Shown here one piece after another: positions 27,345 through 35,413 of a stretch of DNA of 64,000 bases (positions within the stretch are counted from its first letter, which is position 1; each line of letters starts with the position of its first letter). This DNA comes from Candidatus Saccharimonadia bacterium (lineage in GTDB: Bacteria; Patescibacteriota; Saccharimonadia; UBA4664): positions 299-64,298 of the forward strand of contig DATKIP010000076.1 in NCBI GenBank assembly GCA_035544015.1. The letters run 5' to 3'. The translations under genes and the position numbers were made by a program. The notes beneath the pieces are model-generated. The model was given only the letters and a program-made list of their open reading frames with translations, was not told the DNA's origin and made no database searches.

Positions 27345-27420
27345 TGGTCGGGGTGAAAGGACTCGAACCTTCGACCTCATGCTCCCAAAGCACGCGCGCT
27401 ACCAGCTGCGCCACACCCCG
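27345..27420 (-). tRNA. tRNA-Pro (anticodon TGG)
   Basis: Acceptor CGGGGTG/CACCCCG, anticodon arm CGTGC-TTTGGGA-GCATG, T loop TTCGAGT, CCA encoded. Confidence 0.85.
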
Positions 27421-27558
27421 ATAACTTGACAATTATAGGCGAGCGCAACCTAATTGGTCAAACCGTAATCGCCCGCCTAAAGTATTGCAATATTTCAAAA
27501 ATTATGGTATAAAACCTTAGTTGCTCATCCACAAACCAGCCGGTTCCCGGAGGAATCA

Positions 27559-28071
27559 ATGCTCGGCTCGCACGGCCGCCACCGTCGCCCGCGTGGTCAC
27601 AAAGCCAACCCCGCGACTATCGCAATCCTCGCGCTCCTCGCCGCCGCCGTCCTCGGCGTCGCGAGTGGTGCCGGGTTCGCGAACACCCGCAACACGGCTC
27701 CCGGTCCGGGTATCGTCACGTCGGCTCCCCATCCCGGGCCGACCGAAACGGTCACCCAGGTGATGATGGTTCCGGAGCCGCCCAAGCCGGCGACAACCAC
27801 CAGCACCTACCGCCCCTTCCCGATCCGACCGCGGACCGCCGCCCCGTCCACGGCCGCACCGACTCCCGAGCCTTCCGCGACCGCCGCGCCGGCCGGCACC
27901 CCCAGTCCGCGCTCGCCGGCGACACCCCCGCTCGCTCCGCGGGCCAGCTCGCCGCCTATCGCGGCCAGCCCCACGGCCGAGCCCACGACACCCCCGGCGA
28001 CCCCAACCTCCGATCCGACCAGTGCCAGCCCTACGCCAACCGACCCCAGCGCACCGGTCGCAACCGGCTGA
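27559..28071 (+). CDS. Pro/Ala/Thr-rich low-complexity secreted or membrane-anchored protein (hypothetical)
   Basis: N-terminal hydrophobic segment followed by a PTPEPSATAAPAGTPSP-type low-complexity region. About 72% GC. The coding status is moderately uncertain. Confidence 0.4.
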   Translation: MLGSHGRHRRPRGHKANPATIAILALLAAAVLGVASGAGFANTRNTAPGPGIVTSAPHPGPTETVTQVMMVPEPPKPATTTSTYRPFPIRPRTAAPSTAAPTPEPSATAAPAGTPSPRSPATPPLAPRASSPPIAASPTAEPTTPPATPTSDPTSASPTPTDPSAPVATG

Positions 28072-28180
28072 GCAACAACCATCCGCCCCGCGAGCCGGCC
28101 CATCAGGGCCGGCTCCCCAACTCTGGATTTATCCCCCAAAATAAGGTAAAGTACCAAGGTCAAAAACCAAATACCGTCAT

Positions 28181-28258
28181 GGCGGGCGTAGCTCAGTTGG
28201 TTAGAGCGACTGGTTGTGGTCCAGTAGGTCGTGGGTTCAAGTCCCATCGCTCGCCCCA
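28181..28258 (+). tRNA. tRNA-His (anticodon GTG) with genomically encoded G-1
   Basis: An extra 5' G pairs with discriminator C73. Anticodon arm ACTGG-TTGTGGT-CCAGT, T loop TTCAAGT, CCA encoded. Confidence 0.85.
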
Positions 28259-28345
28259 TTTGCGCTTATGCTTATAACGGCTCTACAGAGTCGTTATTTT
28301 GTTATTACTGAACAAAACCAAAAAGTTGTTTCGAACATTTGGCAC

Positions 28346-28996
28346 TTAAAGCTCTGCCAAAGTATTTAAGCTCAGCTCTTCAAGCGAATCAACCACCAGG
28401 TCAGCTTCCGAGAACAATTTCCGGTCAATGTGTCGGTTCGGCACCGCAACCACTTTCATGCCCGCTCGTTTCGCCGCCGCTACCCCAGTCGGAGCATCTT
28501 CCAAAACTACGCACTCATCAGGCTTAACGCCAATTTCTTCTGCTGCTCGTAAGAAAATGTCTGGCTCTGGTTTGCCACGCTTCACCTGATCCCCGGAAAT
28601 AATTGCATCGAAATGATGACCCGCTTGAAGCTGCTCGATAACGATAATTATATGGTGACGCGCCGAGGATGAGGCAATTGCCTTCTTAATGCCTTGCTCC
28701 GATAAGTGGTCGAGCAAGGTCATAAGTCCTGGCATCGGCTGCATCCCCTTTGCTAATAGCTCCTCATAGACCTGTTGCTTTTTGTCGTACAAAACATCAA
28801 CGCTCTCGGAGAGCTGATGCACTTGTTTAAGACGTTCCCAATTATCCCTTGCCCCAACCCCCACTTCTTGCACGAGGCCACCATGAAGAACGGGAGTAAC
28901 CCCGTACTCCTGTAGCACCGCTTCAAACGACTTCGATTGAAGATGCTCGCTATCAATCATCAGGCCGTCCATGTCGAAAATAACTGCTTTTATCAT
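28346..28996 (-). CDS. HAD-IA family hydrolase (beta-phosphoglucomutase-like)
   Basis: MIKAVIFDMDGLMIDSE (motif I DxDG), later S/T and K motifs, and a GD motif near the C-terminus. The start was reassigned to the internal Met. The track ORF extends to 29137. Confidence 0.8.
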   Translation of the reverse strand: MIKAVIFDMDGLMIDSEHLQSKSFEAVLQEYGVTPVLHGGLVQEVGVGARDNWERLKQVHQLSESVDVLYDKKQQVYEELLAKGMQPMPGLMTLLDHLSEQGIKKAIASSSARHHIIIVIEQLQAGHHFDAIISGDQVKRGKPEPDIFLRAAEEIGVKPDECVVLEDAPTGVAAAKRAGMKVVAVPNRHIDRKLFSEADLVVDSLEELSLNTLAEL

Positions 28997-29044
28997 GCGC
29001 TCAATAATATCACCTCGAAACCACTTCTGAGCTATAATCCGATC

Positions 29045-29563
29045 ATGCCAACTGATCGAATCACCATTGTGAACGAAGCCGATAGCGTCATCGGCTCCGA
29101 AGACAGGAGCATTGCGCGCGCCCAGGGACTTCGGCATCGTATTGTGCGGGTCTTTTTGGTGAATTCAGAAGGTAAAGTGTTGCTCCATCGACGGTCAGAA
29201 AAGCTCAAGGATAATCCTGGAAAATGGGATCAGTCAGTCGGTGGTCATGTGGATGAAGGCGAAGACTACATCACGGCTGCCCGTCGAGAGACGCAGGAAG
29301 AGCTGGGAATTGCAGTAGAAAAATTTGAAGAAATCGGGAAATTCTATATCGAGCGCGAAGCTCCGGGCGGCTTCGTCAGAAGGTTTCAGGCCGTATTCAT
29401 CGCCAGAGGAGACGGCCCGGTCAAACTTGACGAGAGTGAAATTGCCGAGATTCGCTGGTTTGATATAGCGGAAGCAGCGGAGTTCTACTCGCAAAAACCC
29501 GACGCATTCACAAAGAATTTTGCTAGAGCCTTTGAGCTGCTCCAGAAGGCATTAGCGACCTGA
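29045..29563 (+). CDS. NUDIX hydrolase (second paralogue)
   Basis: Nudix box GGHVDEGEDYITAARRETQEELGI. The start was chosen at MPTDRITIV. The track ORF starts at a TTG at 28937. Confidence 0.8.
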   Translation: MPTDRITIVNEADSVIGSEDRSIARAQGLRHRIVRVFLVNSEGKVLLHRRSEKLKDNPGKWDQSVGGHVDEGEDYITAARRETQEELGIAVEKFEEIGKFYIEREAPGGFVRRFQAVFIARGDGPVKLDESEIAEIRWFDIAEAAEFYSQKPDAFTKNFARAFELLQKALAT

Positions 29564-29625
29564 ACTTAATATCATTAACCATCGCGCAAACCGCACCACA
29601 ACATTCTGTTCGAAACTTGAACTTA
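29563..29625. repeat. direct repeat copy 1 (about 60 bp) flanking the AlbA_2-ATPase cassette
   Basis: tgaacttaatatcattaaccatcgcgcaaaccgcaccacaacattctgttcgaaacttgaac. It recurs at 31361..31425 with roughly 85-90% identity. Confidence 0.8.
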
Positions 29626-29726
29626 CAAAGGGCCACTCGAAATAAAAATCAGCGCAGGCAAAACCCCAGTCGGCGTGACATTTGAGATTGCTTCGGCCAG
29701 TATTTAGCCACCAATGGAGGTCAGCT

Positions 29727-29800
29727 ATATCGTTAAATATCGTAAAAAAGGCGCTCTATTTTTGAGGTTAAGCGCAGCGAATCGTTAAATATCGTAAAAT
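29727..29800. repeat. two copies of a roughly 19-bp motif (atcgttaaatatcgtaaaa) about 54 bp apart, each with an internal ATCGT-N4-ATCGT sub-repeat
   Basis: Read directly in the 3' flank of the AlbA_2 gene. Confidence 0.7.
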
Positions 29801-29852
29801 GCTTAAGCTGGCATCTACAGATAAGAAATCACTATTGGTAAACAAAAACAAC

Positions 29853-31286
29853 CTAATGATTGCCGATTTCGTATGTGGTGCTAGGGCCTTGGCCGCGCTG
29901 AGCCACCAGGTCTAATTCTATAAGCTTATTGATGTCGGCGATGACCGTAGGGCGGGTAATCGAGCCAATGGTCTGAACTATGTCTCGCGACGTTGCAGAA
30001 GACTTGTTAAGAATAATCTGCCAAATAGCGAGCTGGCGCTCTGTTAACTCTGAATATGTCGGCCCAAGTAGTGTCACGGTGAACATATTGGCGACATTTC
30101 TAAAGATAGGCCGAGAAAGATTTACTTGGCGCATATAGTCATAAACAAGGTCAATACCGCGGCCATACTCCTCAAGATAACCCAAATCTTTCATCAGGGC
30201 AGCAATAACTGAATTTCTGCTAAACTGCGCCTCTCGAATGTTATCGACGGTAATTCGCGGAGGAAGAGTGCCGGGGTTGGAAATCTCGATTCGATCGGGG
30301 AAAACTCGTACCTGAATATAAGATTCGATGATGCTGTAGTCTCGATGAATAACAGCATTTGCGGCGATTTCACGAATAGCCTTTTCGGGGTAAGCGTATG
30401 TTTCCACCCGACGAGTACCCTCGATAGTGGCGCTTCTGGCAATATTTCTCAGTACAAACGAGTTCATGGTATCAATTTGTTCTTCAAGAGTCCCATGAAG
30501 GTCTTGCTTGTCGATTATTTCGCTTGCCGTAGTCGGGCCTGCGTATCGGACACAGCGAATAACGTACCGGTCTAGCTCAGGATTCCGCTGAGGCGGGTTG
30601 CTACTAAAGATCATTGCCCCAGCCAAGGTAGCCACCCTTTCGGACTCACAGATGGCAAGAATCTTCATGTTTAGGAGGGTGTCATCATGAATGGCATTCT
30701 CTCGCCCGGTTCTCTCGCCGAGTTCATGAATGAGGTGTTGAATCTTATCTTGGCTGAGATCGGCTTCATGTATCGAGCGAATTTGGGTCAAATCATATTT
30801 GAAACCCGATGAATTACGAATGAACTGCCTCAGCTCATCATCGGTAATGGGCCGATTACTATTCCCGACACGGATATAAGCACCACGATCCATGCCGAGC
30901 TTTCGGTCATAGCAGGGCTTCCTCTCGTCCGGTACTGCATCAATAACCACGGCAAGTAGAGTCTTCCCATCGATTGTAATCGCTCGATATTCTGGCCTCT
31001 CAGCGTTGATGATCCGATCGCTAAAGAAGTTTGTCGTTCGTTCGGTCATTTCATGGACATTTGTAACGCCAACCGGCGCAAACGTGCGCGTAACAGGGTC
31101 TTCGACTACACCGTATACAATTAAGCCTCCATCAGCGGCCTTGTTACTAAATGCGGTTATGCTACGCCAGATAATATCCGGTAAGCCACCCCGTGTATCT
31201 TTGAACTCGACTAAATTGGTCTCTCCGTTGGATTGGATAGCTTCTTGCACCAGTGATGTGAGTTCGGCTTCGGATATGCCTCTCAT
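29853..31286 (-). CDS. AlbA_2 (divergent AAA-4 / Schlafen-like) domain ATP-binding protein with a C-terminal wHTH domain (putative DNA-binding regulator or defence-type ATPase)
   Basis: N-terminal LVEFKDTRGGLPDIIWRSITAFSNKAADGGLIVYGV is typical of the AlbA_2 domain. The middle region is HATPase_c_4-like. The C-terminus (QLAIWQIILNKSSATSRDIVQTIGSITRPTVIADINKLIELDLV) is HTH-like. Confidence 0.65.
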   Translation of the reverse strand: MRGISEAELTSLVQEAIQSNGETNLVEFKDTRGGLPDIIWRSITAFSNKAADGGLIVYGVVEDPVTRTFAPVGVTNVHEMTERTTNFFSDRIINAERPEYRAITIDGKTLLAVVIDAVPDERKPCYDRKLGMDRGAYIRVGNSNRPITDDELRQFIRNSSGFKYDLTQIRSIHEADLSQDKIQHLIHELGERTGRENAIHDDTLLNMKILAICESERVATLAGAMIFSSNPPQRNPELDRYVIRCVRYAGPTTASEIIDKQDLHGTLEEQIDTMNSFVLRNIARSATIEGTRRVETYAYPEKAIREIAANAVIHRDYSIIESYIQVRVFPDRIEISNPGTLPPRITVDNIREAQFSRNSVIAALMKDLGYLEEYGRGIDLVYDYMRQVNLSRPIFRNVANMFTVTLLGPTYSELTERQLAIWQIILNKSSATSRDIVQTIGSITRPTVIADINKLIELDLVAQRGQGPSTTYEIGNH

Positions 31287-31360
31287 ATTTCCTCGGAATA
31301 AGTCCTTATAATATAACAGCTCATCTGGGATAGCGCCTGAATTTAAGCAGCCAGCACCGA

Positions 31361-31425
31361 TCTGAACTTAATATCATTCACCATCGCGCAAACTGCGGCG
31401 TAGCACTCTGTTCGAAACTTGAACC
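31361..31425. repeat. direct repeat copy 2, followed by a 12-bp copy of the tRNA-His 3' end (gctcgccccatt)
   Basis: ctgaacttaatatcattcaccatcgcgcaaactgcggcgtagcactctgttcgaaacttgaacc, then ctagctcgccccatt. The tRNA-His 3' end at 28247..28260 is catcgctcgccccatt. Confidence 0.75.
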
Positions 31426-31449
31426 CTAGCTCGCCCCATTGCAATTGTC

Positions 31450-31479
31450 TTGACGACCAAATTTATCATCTGATATTAT
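31450..31479 (+). promoter_or_regulatory. strong sigma70-like promoter (TTGACG-18-TATTAT)
   Basis: Near-consensus hexamers. No protein-coding ORF follows within 170 nt. Confidence 0.5.
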
Positions 31480-31485
31480 CAAACT

Positions 31486-31660
31486 CGGAAGACATGGGAG
31501 GATATAAAGAAGCTCCTAGATGTAGCCTGTCGAGTTAAGAATGTTTTGTTCAATGTCCGCCGTCCGAGTTCGATGCTTTGTTAGTTAGTAAGCTGCATCA
31601 CCGCGACGTCTTCCATCCAGTCCGTAAAATAAGAGGCATTTAAATGCCTCTTATTTTTTT
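31486..31660 (+). ncRNA. candidate small RNA (about 170 nt) bounded by the promoter at 31450 and an intrinsic terminator
   Basis: A promoter and terminator bracket a region that contains only ORFs of 14 aa or less and no RBS. Confidence 0.3.
31627..31660 (+). terminator. rho-independent terminator (aagaggcatttaaatgcctctt + T8)
   Basis: Perfect 9-bp stem with a 4-nt loop, followed by TATTTTTTT. Confidence 0.85.
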
Positions 31661-31908
31661 GTTTCCCCATCTTCGACCCTAAATTAGCATTAGAACAAGA
31701 GGGGCAAGATGCGGCGGCTCCATTGCATGCCGGGCTAAGCCCCTGGGATATGCCTTGTTTGATAAAGGAAAATGCTAAACAGAATTGGAACAAGCTAGAG
31801 CAGCTACTTGCCAACCAGAACGGCAGACATAAATTTTGGCAGGCTATTTTTTTGCGAGCCAGGCCAGCACATGCTTTAATTAAGCATAAGCAGTAATGAA
31901 GGGCTTCA

Positions 31909-32487
31909 ATGCCGAAACAGTCTCGCCGCAGAATCAATTCTCGACTTATTTTCTCTATCCTTGGCGGATTCGCGGTTTTAGCGCTCCTCGCACAGGCCAT
32001 GTTGATAATGCAGCTCTACGCTCGTACCGACCAGCTAAAGACCCAAGAACTAAAAGCCACCCTAATCGATGCCGTTCGCAGCCTAAACACTGAGCCTGCG
32101 ATTGACCCCCAAACCGGACGCCGATTTATCCCTTCCGCTCGCGTGGTTTTTCCTGCCAGGATCGACAGCCACCTTTATTACCGCGACCCCGGCAACGAGC
32201 CCACCCTATGGCTAACCGACGCGAATAATCAATCGCAGGCCGTCACCAAGGTCCGGACCGCTGAATCGCTCTCAGACATGTTTAAAGAAGTCGATGCGTT
32301 GCAGCTGTGTAGCCGGCAGGTAGTAGTGAGCTTTAATACTCCCAATCCCCAAGATAATACCGACAAGCTAACTTTAAAAAGCACGAAAAAGCTAAAAGAC
32401 GGCCGCATAGCCTACGTATATCAGAATGAATGCCCATACGGCGCCGAGCCTCTCCTGAGGTCCGTCGATCAAATGGAAAGCTATTAA
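31909..32487 (+). CDS. hypothetical N-terminally anchored extracellular protein
   Basis: TM/signal segment LIFSILGGFAVLALLAQAMLI and a C-terminal Cys pair. Confidence 0.5.
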   Translation: MPKQSRRRINSRLIFSILGGFAVLALLAQAMLIMQLYARTDQLKTQELKATLIDAVRSLNTEPAIDPQTGRRFIPSARVVFPARIDSHLYYRDPGNEPTLWLTDANNQSQAVTKVRTAESLSDMFKEVDALQLCSRQVVVSFNTPNPQDNTDKLTLKSTKKLKDGRIAYVYQNECPYGAEPLLRSVDQMESY

Positions 32488-32533
32488 GGTCGTCCCTCGC
32501 TCAACATTATGGATCTCGCTCCGACCAGACCCC

Positions 32534-32728
32534 CTACCGGTCGCGGCTCATCCAGGCCATGGCAAGCAGACCCACGCCCAGGCCAATCACGGCGCCCGCA
32601 GTCAAGCCCAGCCACAGTGGTTTGACGAACAGCCCGGCGCCCAGTCCGACCATGAAACAGCCGGCCAGCGCGATCCCGCCGGATTCGTAGTCTTTAAAAG
32701 GGTTGGTAGGGTGTTGTTCGTTTGACAT
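32534..32728 (-). CDS. small two-TM glycine-zipper membrane protein (64 aa)
   Basis: GxxxG-rich helices (GIALAGCFMVGLGAGLFV; GLTAGAVIGLGVGLLAMAW). Confidence 0.45.
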   Translation of the reverse strand: MSNEQHPTNPFKDYESGGIALAGCFMVGLGAGLFVKPLWLGLTAGAVIGLGVGLLAMAWMSRDR

Positions 32729-32744
32729 GATTACTCCTTAAAAA

Positions 32745-33260
32745 TTAGATATCTAAATATTCCACCGGCGCTTCATCGCGGCTTTGCGCCTGGTGCATGA
32801 GCTTGAGCAGCGCACTCGGTAGCTTACCCTCGGCCTCTTCCAATGATGCAAATACAACGAGCTGAGTGTCGGGTGTGTATTCAAAGTAATCCGCCGTCCG
32901 CCAAAAGTCGCGCTGGCGAAAAACATCAAGATTGGGCTGCTTGGTGATCTCCACCGCCCACTGGTTCTTGGCTGTTTTAAACACCCGAGCCGTAAACCAG
33001 TCATTATGATCGCCCGCCCCCTGCCACTTAATGAGCAAACGGCCGTTAAATCGCTTCTCCTGCTGCAGGCCCTTGGTGCCCGTTTGCACCACGATCTCTT
33101 TAAGGCCCTTGGTCTGGGCTTCGCTCCGAGTAATAAACTCCTTGAGCGCCCGCAACAGCACCGCCGAAAGGTTGTCCCCGGCTAATTGCTGAGCCTGCTC
33201 ATAAACAGCCTGGTCTTCATTTGAGACGTAAATAGTCTTGTTTGGCATCATGCTAATCAC
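32745..33260 (-). CDS. ribbon-helix-helix (CopG/Arc-like) N-terminal domain protein with an uncharacterised C-terminal domain
   Basis: KTIYVSNEDQAVYEQAQQLAGDNLSAVLLRALKEFI fits a beta-strand, helix, G-x-S turn, helix RHH pattern. It lies 17 nt upstream of the glycine-zipper ORF on the same strand. Confidence 0.45.
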   Translation of the reverse strand: MISMMPNKTIYVSNEDQAVYEQAQQLAGDNLSAVLLRALKEFITRSEAQTKGLKEIVVQTGTKGLQQEKRFNGRLLIKWQGAGDHNDWFTARVFKTAKNQWAVEITKQPNLDVFRQRDFWRTADYFEYTPDTQLVVFASLEEAEGKLPSALLKLMHQAQSRDEAPVEYLDI

Positions 33261-33525
33261 TTATACATACAAGTATACATATAGTTAAAGATTATGCAAC
33301 TCAAACAAAAATCTAGATTCAAATTTTTAGCAAAGCGTGAATCTGAGACTAGCATGAAAGTTTTGAATAAACTCTACTCCCGGCCCGTAGTTTCAAGTGC
33401 CATGATTAGGGCATGGACTGGGTTTACCAGGGCCGGGTCGCAGCAGGTGATTGTACCGGCGCTACCTCGATCTATTCACTCCATAGTCCACTATTCGGCT
33501 CCTTCTCGCCTCTGAACACCGCCGC

Positions 33526-34548
33526 TCAAGATCGGGGCACCAGAGAGCCCAGCGGTCGACCGCCCCATTTGCCATCCATGATGTCAAACATCTGACGGCC
33601 CATGACATCTTCAGCCTCCACGGCAGGATTGGTCGAACCGTAATTGTCGATATCGCCTACCCCGTCGTTCATAAACGCGTAGATCAGCGCCGGCTTGCCC
33701 GCAGCGTCGAACATAATGCCTACCTCGTGCCGCGAATCCTCAAACGCACCGTATTTGGTAGCTACCTGGGCACGCTCCGTTGAGCTCATATTGCGGCGCA
33801 CGCCATCATTGTAGCCGTTGACCCAGCGCATAATATTAAGCACAAAAGTTGACGATTTTTCCGACACCAGCGAGTGGTTCGCCAATCCTGCCAGCAAGGT
33901 ATTCATCTCCCGCGGCGTGGTCTGACCCAAGAAGAACCGACTCGAACCCGCCACCGGGTCCACGTGGGTAGCCGTAAAGCCCTTGGCCGCCAATGTTTGA
34001 TTTATCTCGGTGCCCGACGCCACCTGGCTGAGCATTCGAACCGCCGTATTATCCGACACCAGCAGCATTGCGGTCATGAGGTTGGCGACCGTCAAATTGT
34101 CGCCATACACTGTTTGCAGAAAATAAATCCCGCTACCAGACGCAATAATATCAGGCGTGAGTGTCAGCTTTTGGTCCAGTTTGACCTCGCCCTTGTCCAC
34201 CTTGTCCATCACCGTCATCGCCACTGCCAGCTTATTTACGCTGTACGCCCACATTGGGGTGTCGGCTTGATCGTCCACCGCCGGTTTGAGCGCACCGGTT
34301 GAATCCGCCACGGTCACGTAAGAATGCCAATTGCCGGGCACTCCCGCGGTATCGGCATGGTAAATCGCCGCCACTTGTTGCGAAGCTATCAGCCACGGGA
34401 TATCAGGTGCCGCGAACTGAGCCGCCCCCGGGGTAGGGGATGGCGTGGTCTCGGCAAGTACCGCTCCACCCGGCATCAAAACAGCCATACCCATCACGAG
34501 GCTAGTCAAGCCGAGTTTGGCGCGGTAGACAAATAATTCTTTAAGCAT
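33526..34548 (-). CDS. secreted serine hydrolase, class A beta-lactamase-like
   Basis: Signal peptide, then an SxxK motif (AYSVNKLAV) and an SDN motif (LLVSDNTAV). The start was reassigned to MLKELFVYRAKLG. Confidence 0.6.
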   Translation of the reverse strand: MLKELFVYRAKLGLTSLVMGMAVLMPGGAVLAETTPSPTPGAAQFAAPDIPWLIASQQVAAIYHADTAGVPGNWHSYVTVADSTGALKPAVDDQADTPMWAYSVNKLAVAMTVMDKVDKGEVKLDQKLTLTPDIIASGSGIYFLQTVYGDNLTVANLMTAMLLVSDNTAVRMLSQVASGTEINQTLAAKGFTATHVDPVAGSSRFFLGQTTPREMNTLLAGLANHSLVSEKSSTFVLNIMRWVNGYNDGVRRNMSSTERAQVATKYGAFEDSRHEVGIMFDAAGKPALIYAFMNDGVGDIDNYGSTNPAVEAEDVMGRQMFDIMDGKWGGRPLGSLVPRS

Positions 34549-34667
34549 AGAAACCTCATTAAATACACAGCCAATATATACACCCAAACATCCATCTCCT
34601 TTGGTTCTTCTTCCAAATCGCCTCCCCAAGCAAATCGATAATAATATATTGCAAAACGATAAAAACT

Positions 34668-35174
34668 ATGGTAAAAACAAACCATCAATGCGTTAAGAGA
34701 ATGCCTTCAATGAAACGAAGCTCAACAATTTTCCTCCGCGGGGTAGTTTTGGCCATCGGGCTAGTCGTCCTTGGCTTGTGCATCTTTGCCCTGCCCGCCG
34801 AGATCAGAACCCCGGGCACCGAAGACTACCGCCCCATTTTCTTCGGTATGTACATAACGGCCATACCGTTTTTCGTGGCTCTCTATCACACCCTGAAACT
34901 CCTGAGCTATATCGATAACGGTCAAGCTTTCTCCCAGCTTTCCGTCGGTGCCCTCAAGCACATAAAGTATTGCGCAGTCACCATCAGTGCATTGTTTGCG
35001 GCCGGTCTGCCCTACCTCTACTTCGTGGCAGAAAAAGACGACGCCCCAGATGTCGTAGCGCTCGGATTGGTCGTTATTTTTGCCTCAATTGCGATTGCGA
35101 CCTTTGCGGCCGTACTCCAAAAAATTCTAGGCGACGCCATAGCCATAAAAACGGAGAATGACCTAACGGTCTGA
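34668..35174 (+). CDS. DUF2975-like membrane protein
   Basis: Four TM helices. It is immediately followed by a short XRE-type HTH gene, the typical DUF2975 plus YozG-type regulator pairing. Confidence 0.55.
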   Translation: MVKTNHQCVKRMPSMKRSSTIFLRGVVLAIGLVVLGLCIFALPAEIRTPGTEDYRPIFFGMYITAIPFFVALYHTLKLLSYIDNGQAFSQLSVGALKHIKYCAVTISALFAAGLPYLYFVAEKDDAPDVVALGLVVIFASIAIATFAAVLQKILGDAIAIKTENDLTV

Positions 35175-35182
35175 GGCATACT

Positions 35183-35413
35183 ATGGCAATCGTAATTAAC
35201 CTAGATGTGATGCTGGCGAAGCGAAAAATGAGCGTCACCGAACTTTCAGACCGAGTCGGGATAACGATGGCTAATCTTTCTATCCTGAAAAATGGCAAGG
35301 CCAAGGCGGTGCGGCTATCGACGCTGGAGGCGGTTTGCAAGGCGCTAGAATGTCAGCCTGGAGATATTTTAGAGTACAGACATGACGATGAAAGCCTAGT
35401 GGCAACTCGATGA
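35183..35413 (+). CDS. XRE/Cro-type HTH transcriptional regulator (YozG-like)
   Basis: MAIVINLDVMLAKRKMSVTELSDRVGITMANLSILKNGKAKAVRLSTLEAVCKALECQPGDIL is a canonical short HTH_XRE sequence. Confidence 0.85.
   Translation: MAIVINLDVMLAKRKMSVTELSDRVGITMANLSILKNGKAKAVRLSTLEAVCKALECQPGDILEYRHDDESLVATR

Noticed and set aside
27807-28259. 150-aa minus-strand ORF overlapping tRNA-His, and 27169..27432 overlapping tRNA-Pro
   Set aside because: They run through tRNA genes and are most likely not coding.
31581-32000. 139-aa Cys-rich minus-strand ORF in the AT-rich spacer
   Set aside because: It reads through a strong intrinsic terminator hairpin, overlaps the start of the 31909 gene, and has a composition typical of translated non-coding DNA. 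The region is better explained as a promoter/terminator-bounded sRNA locus.
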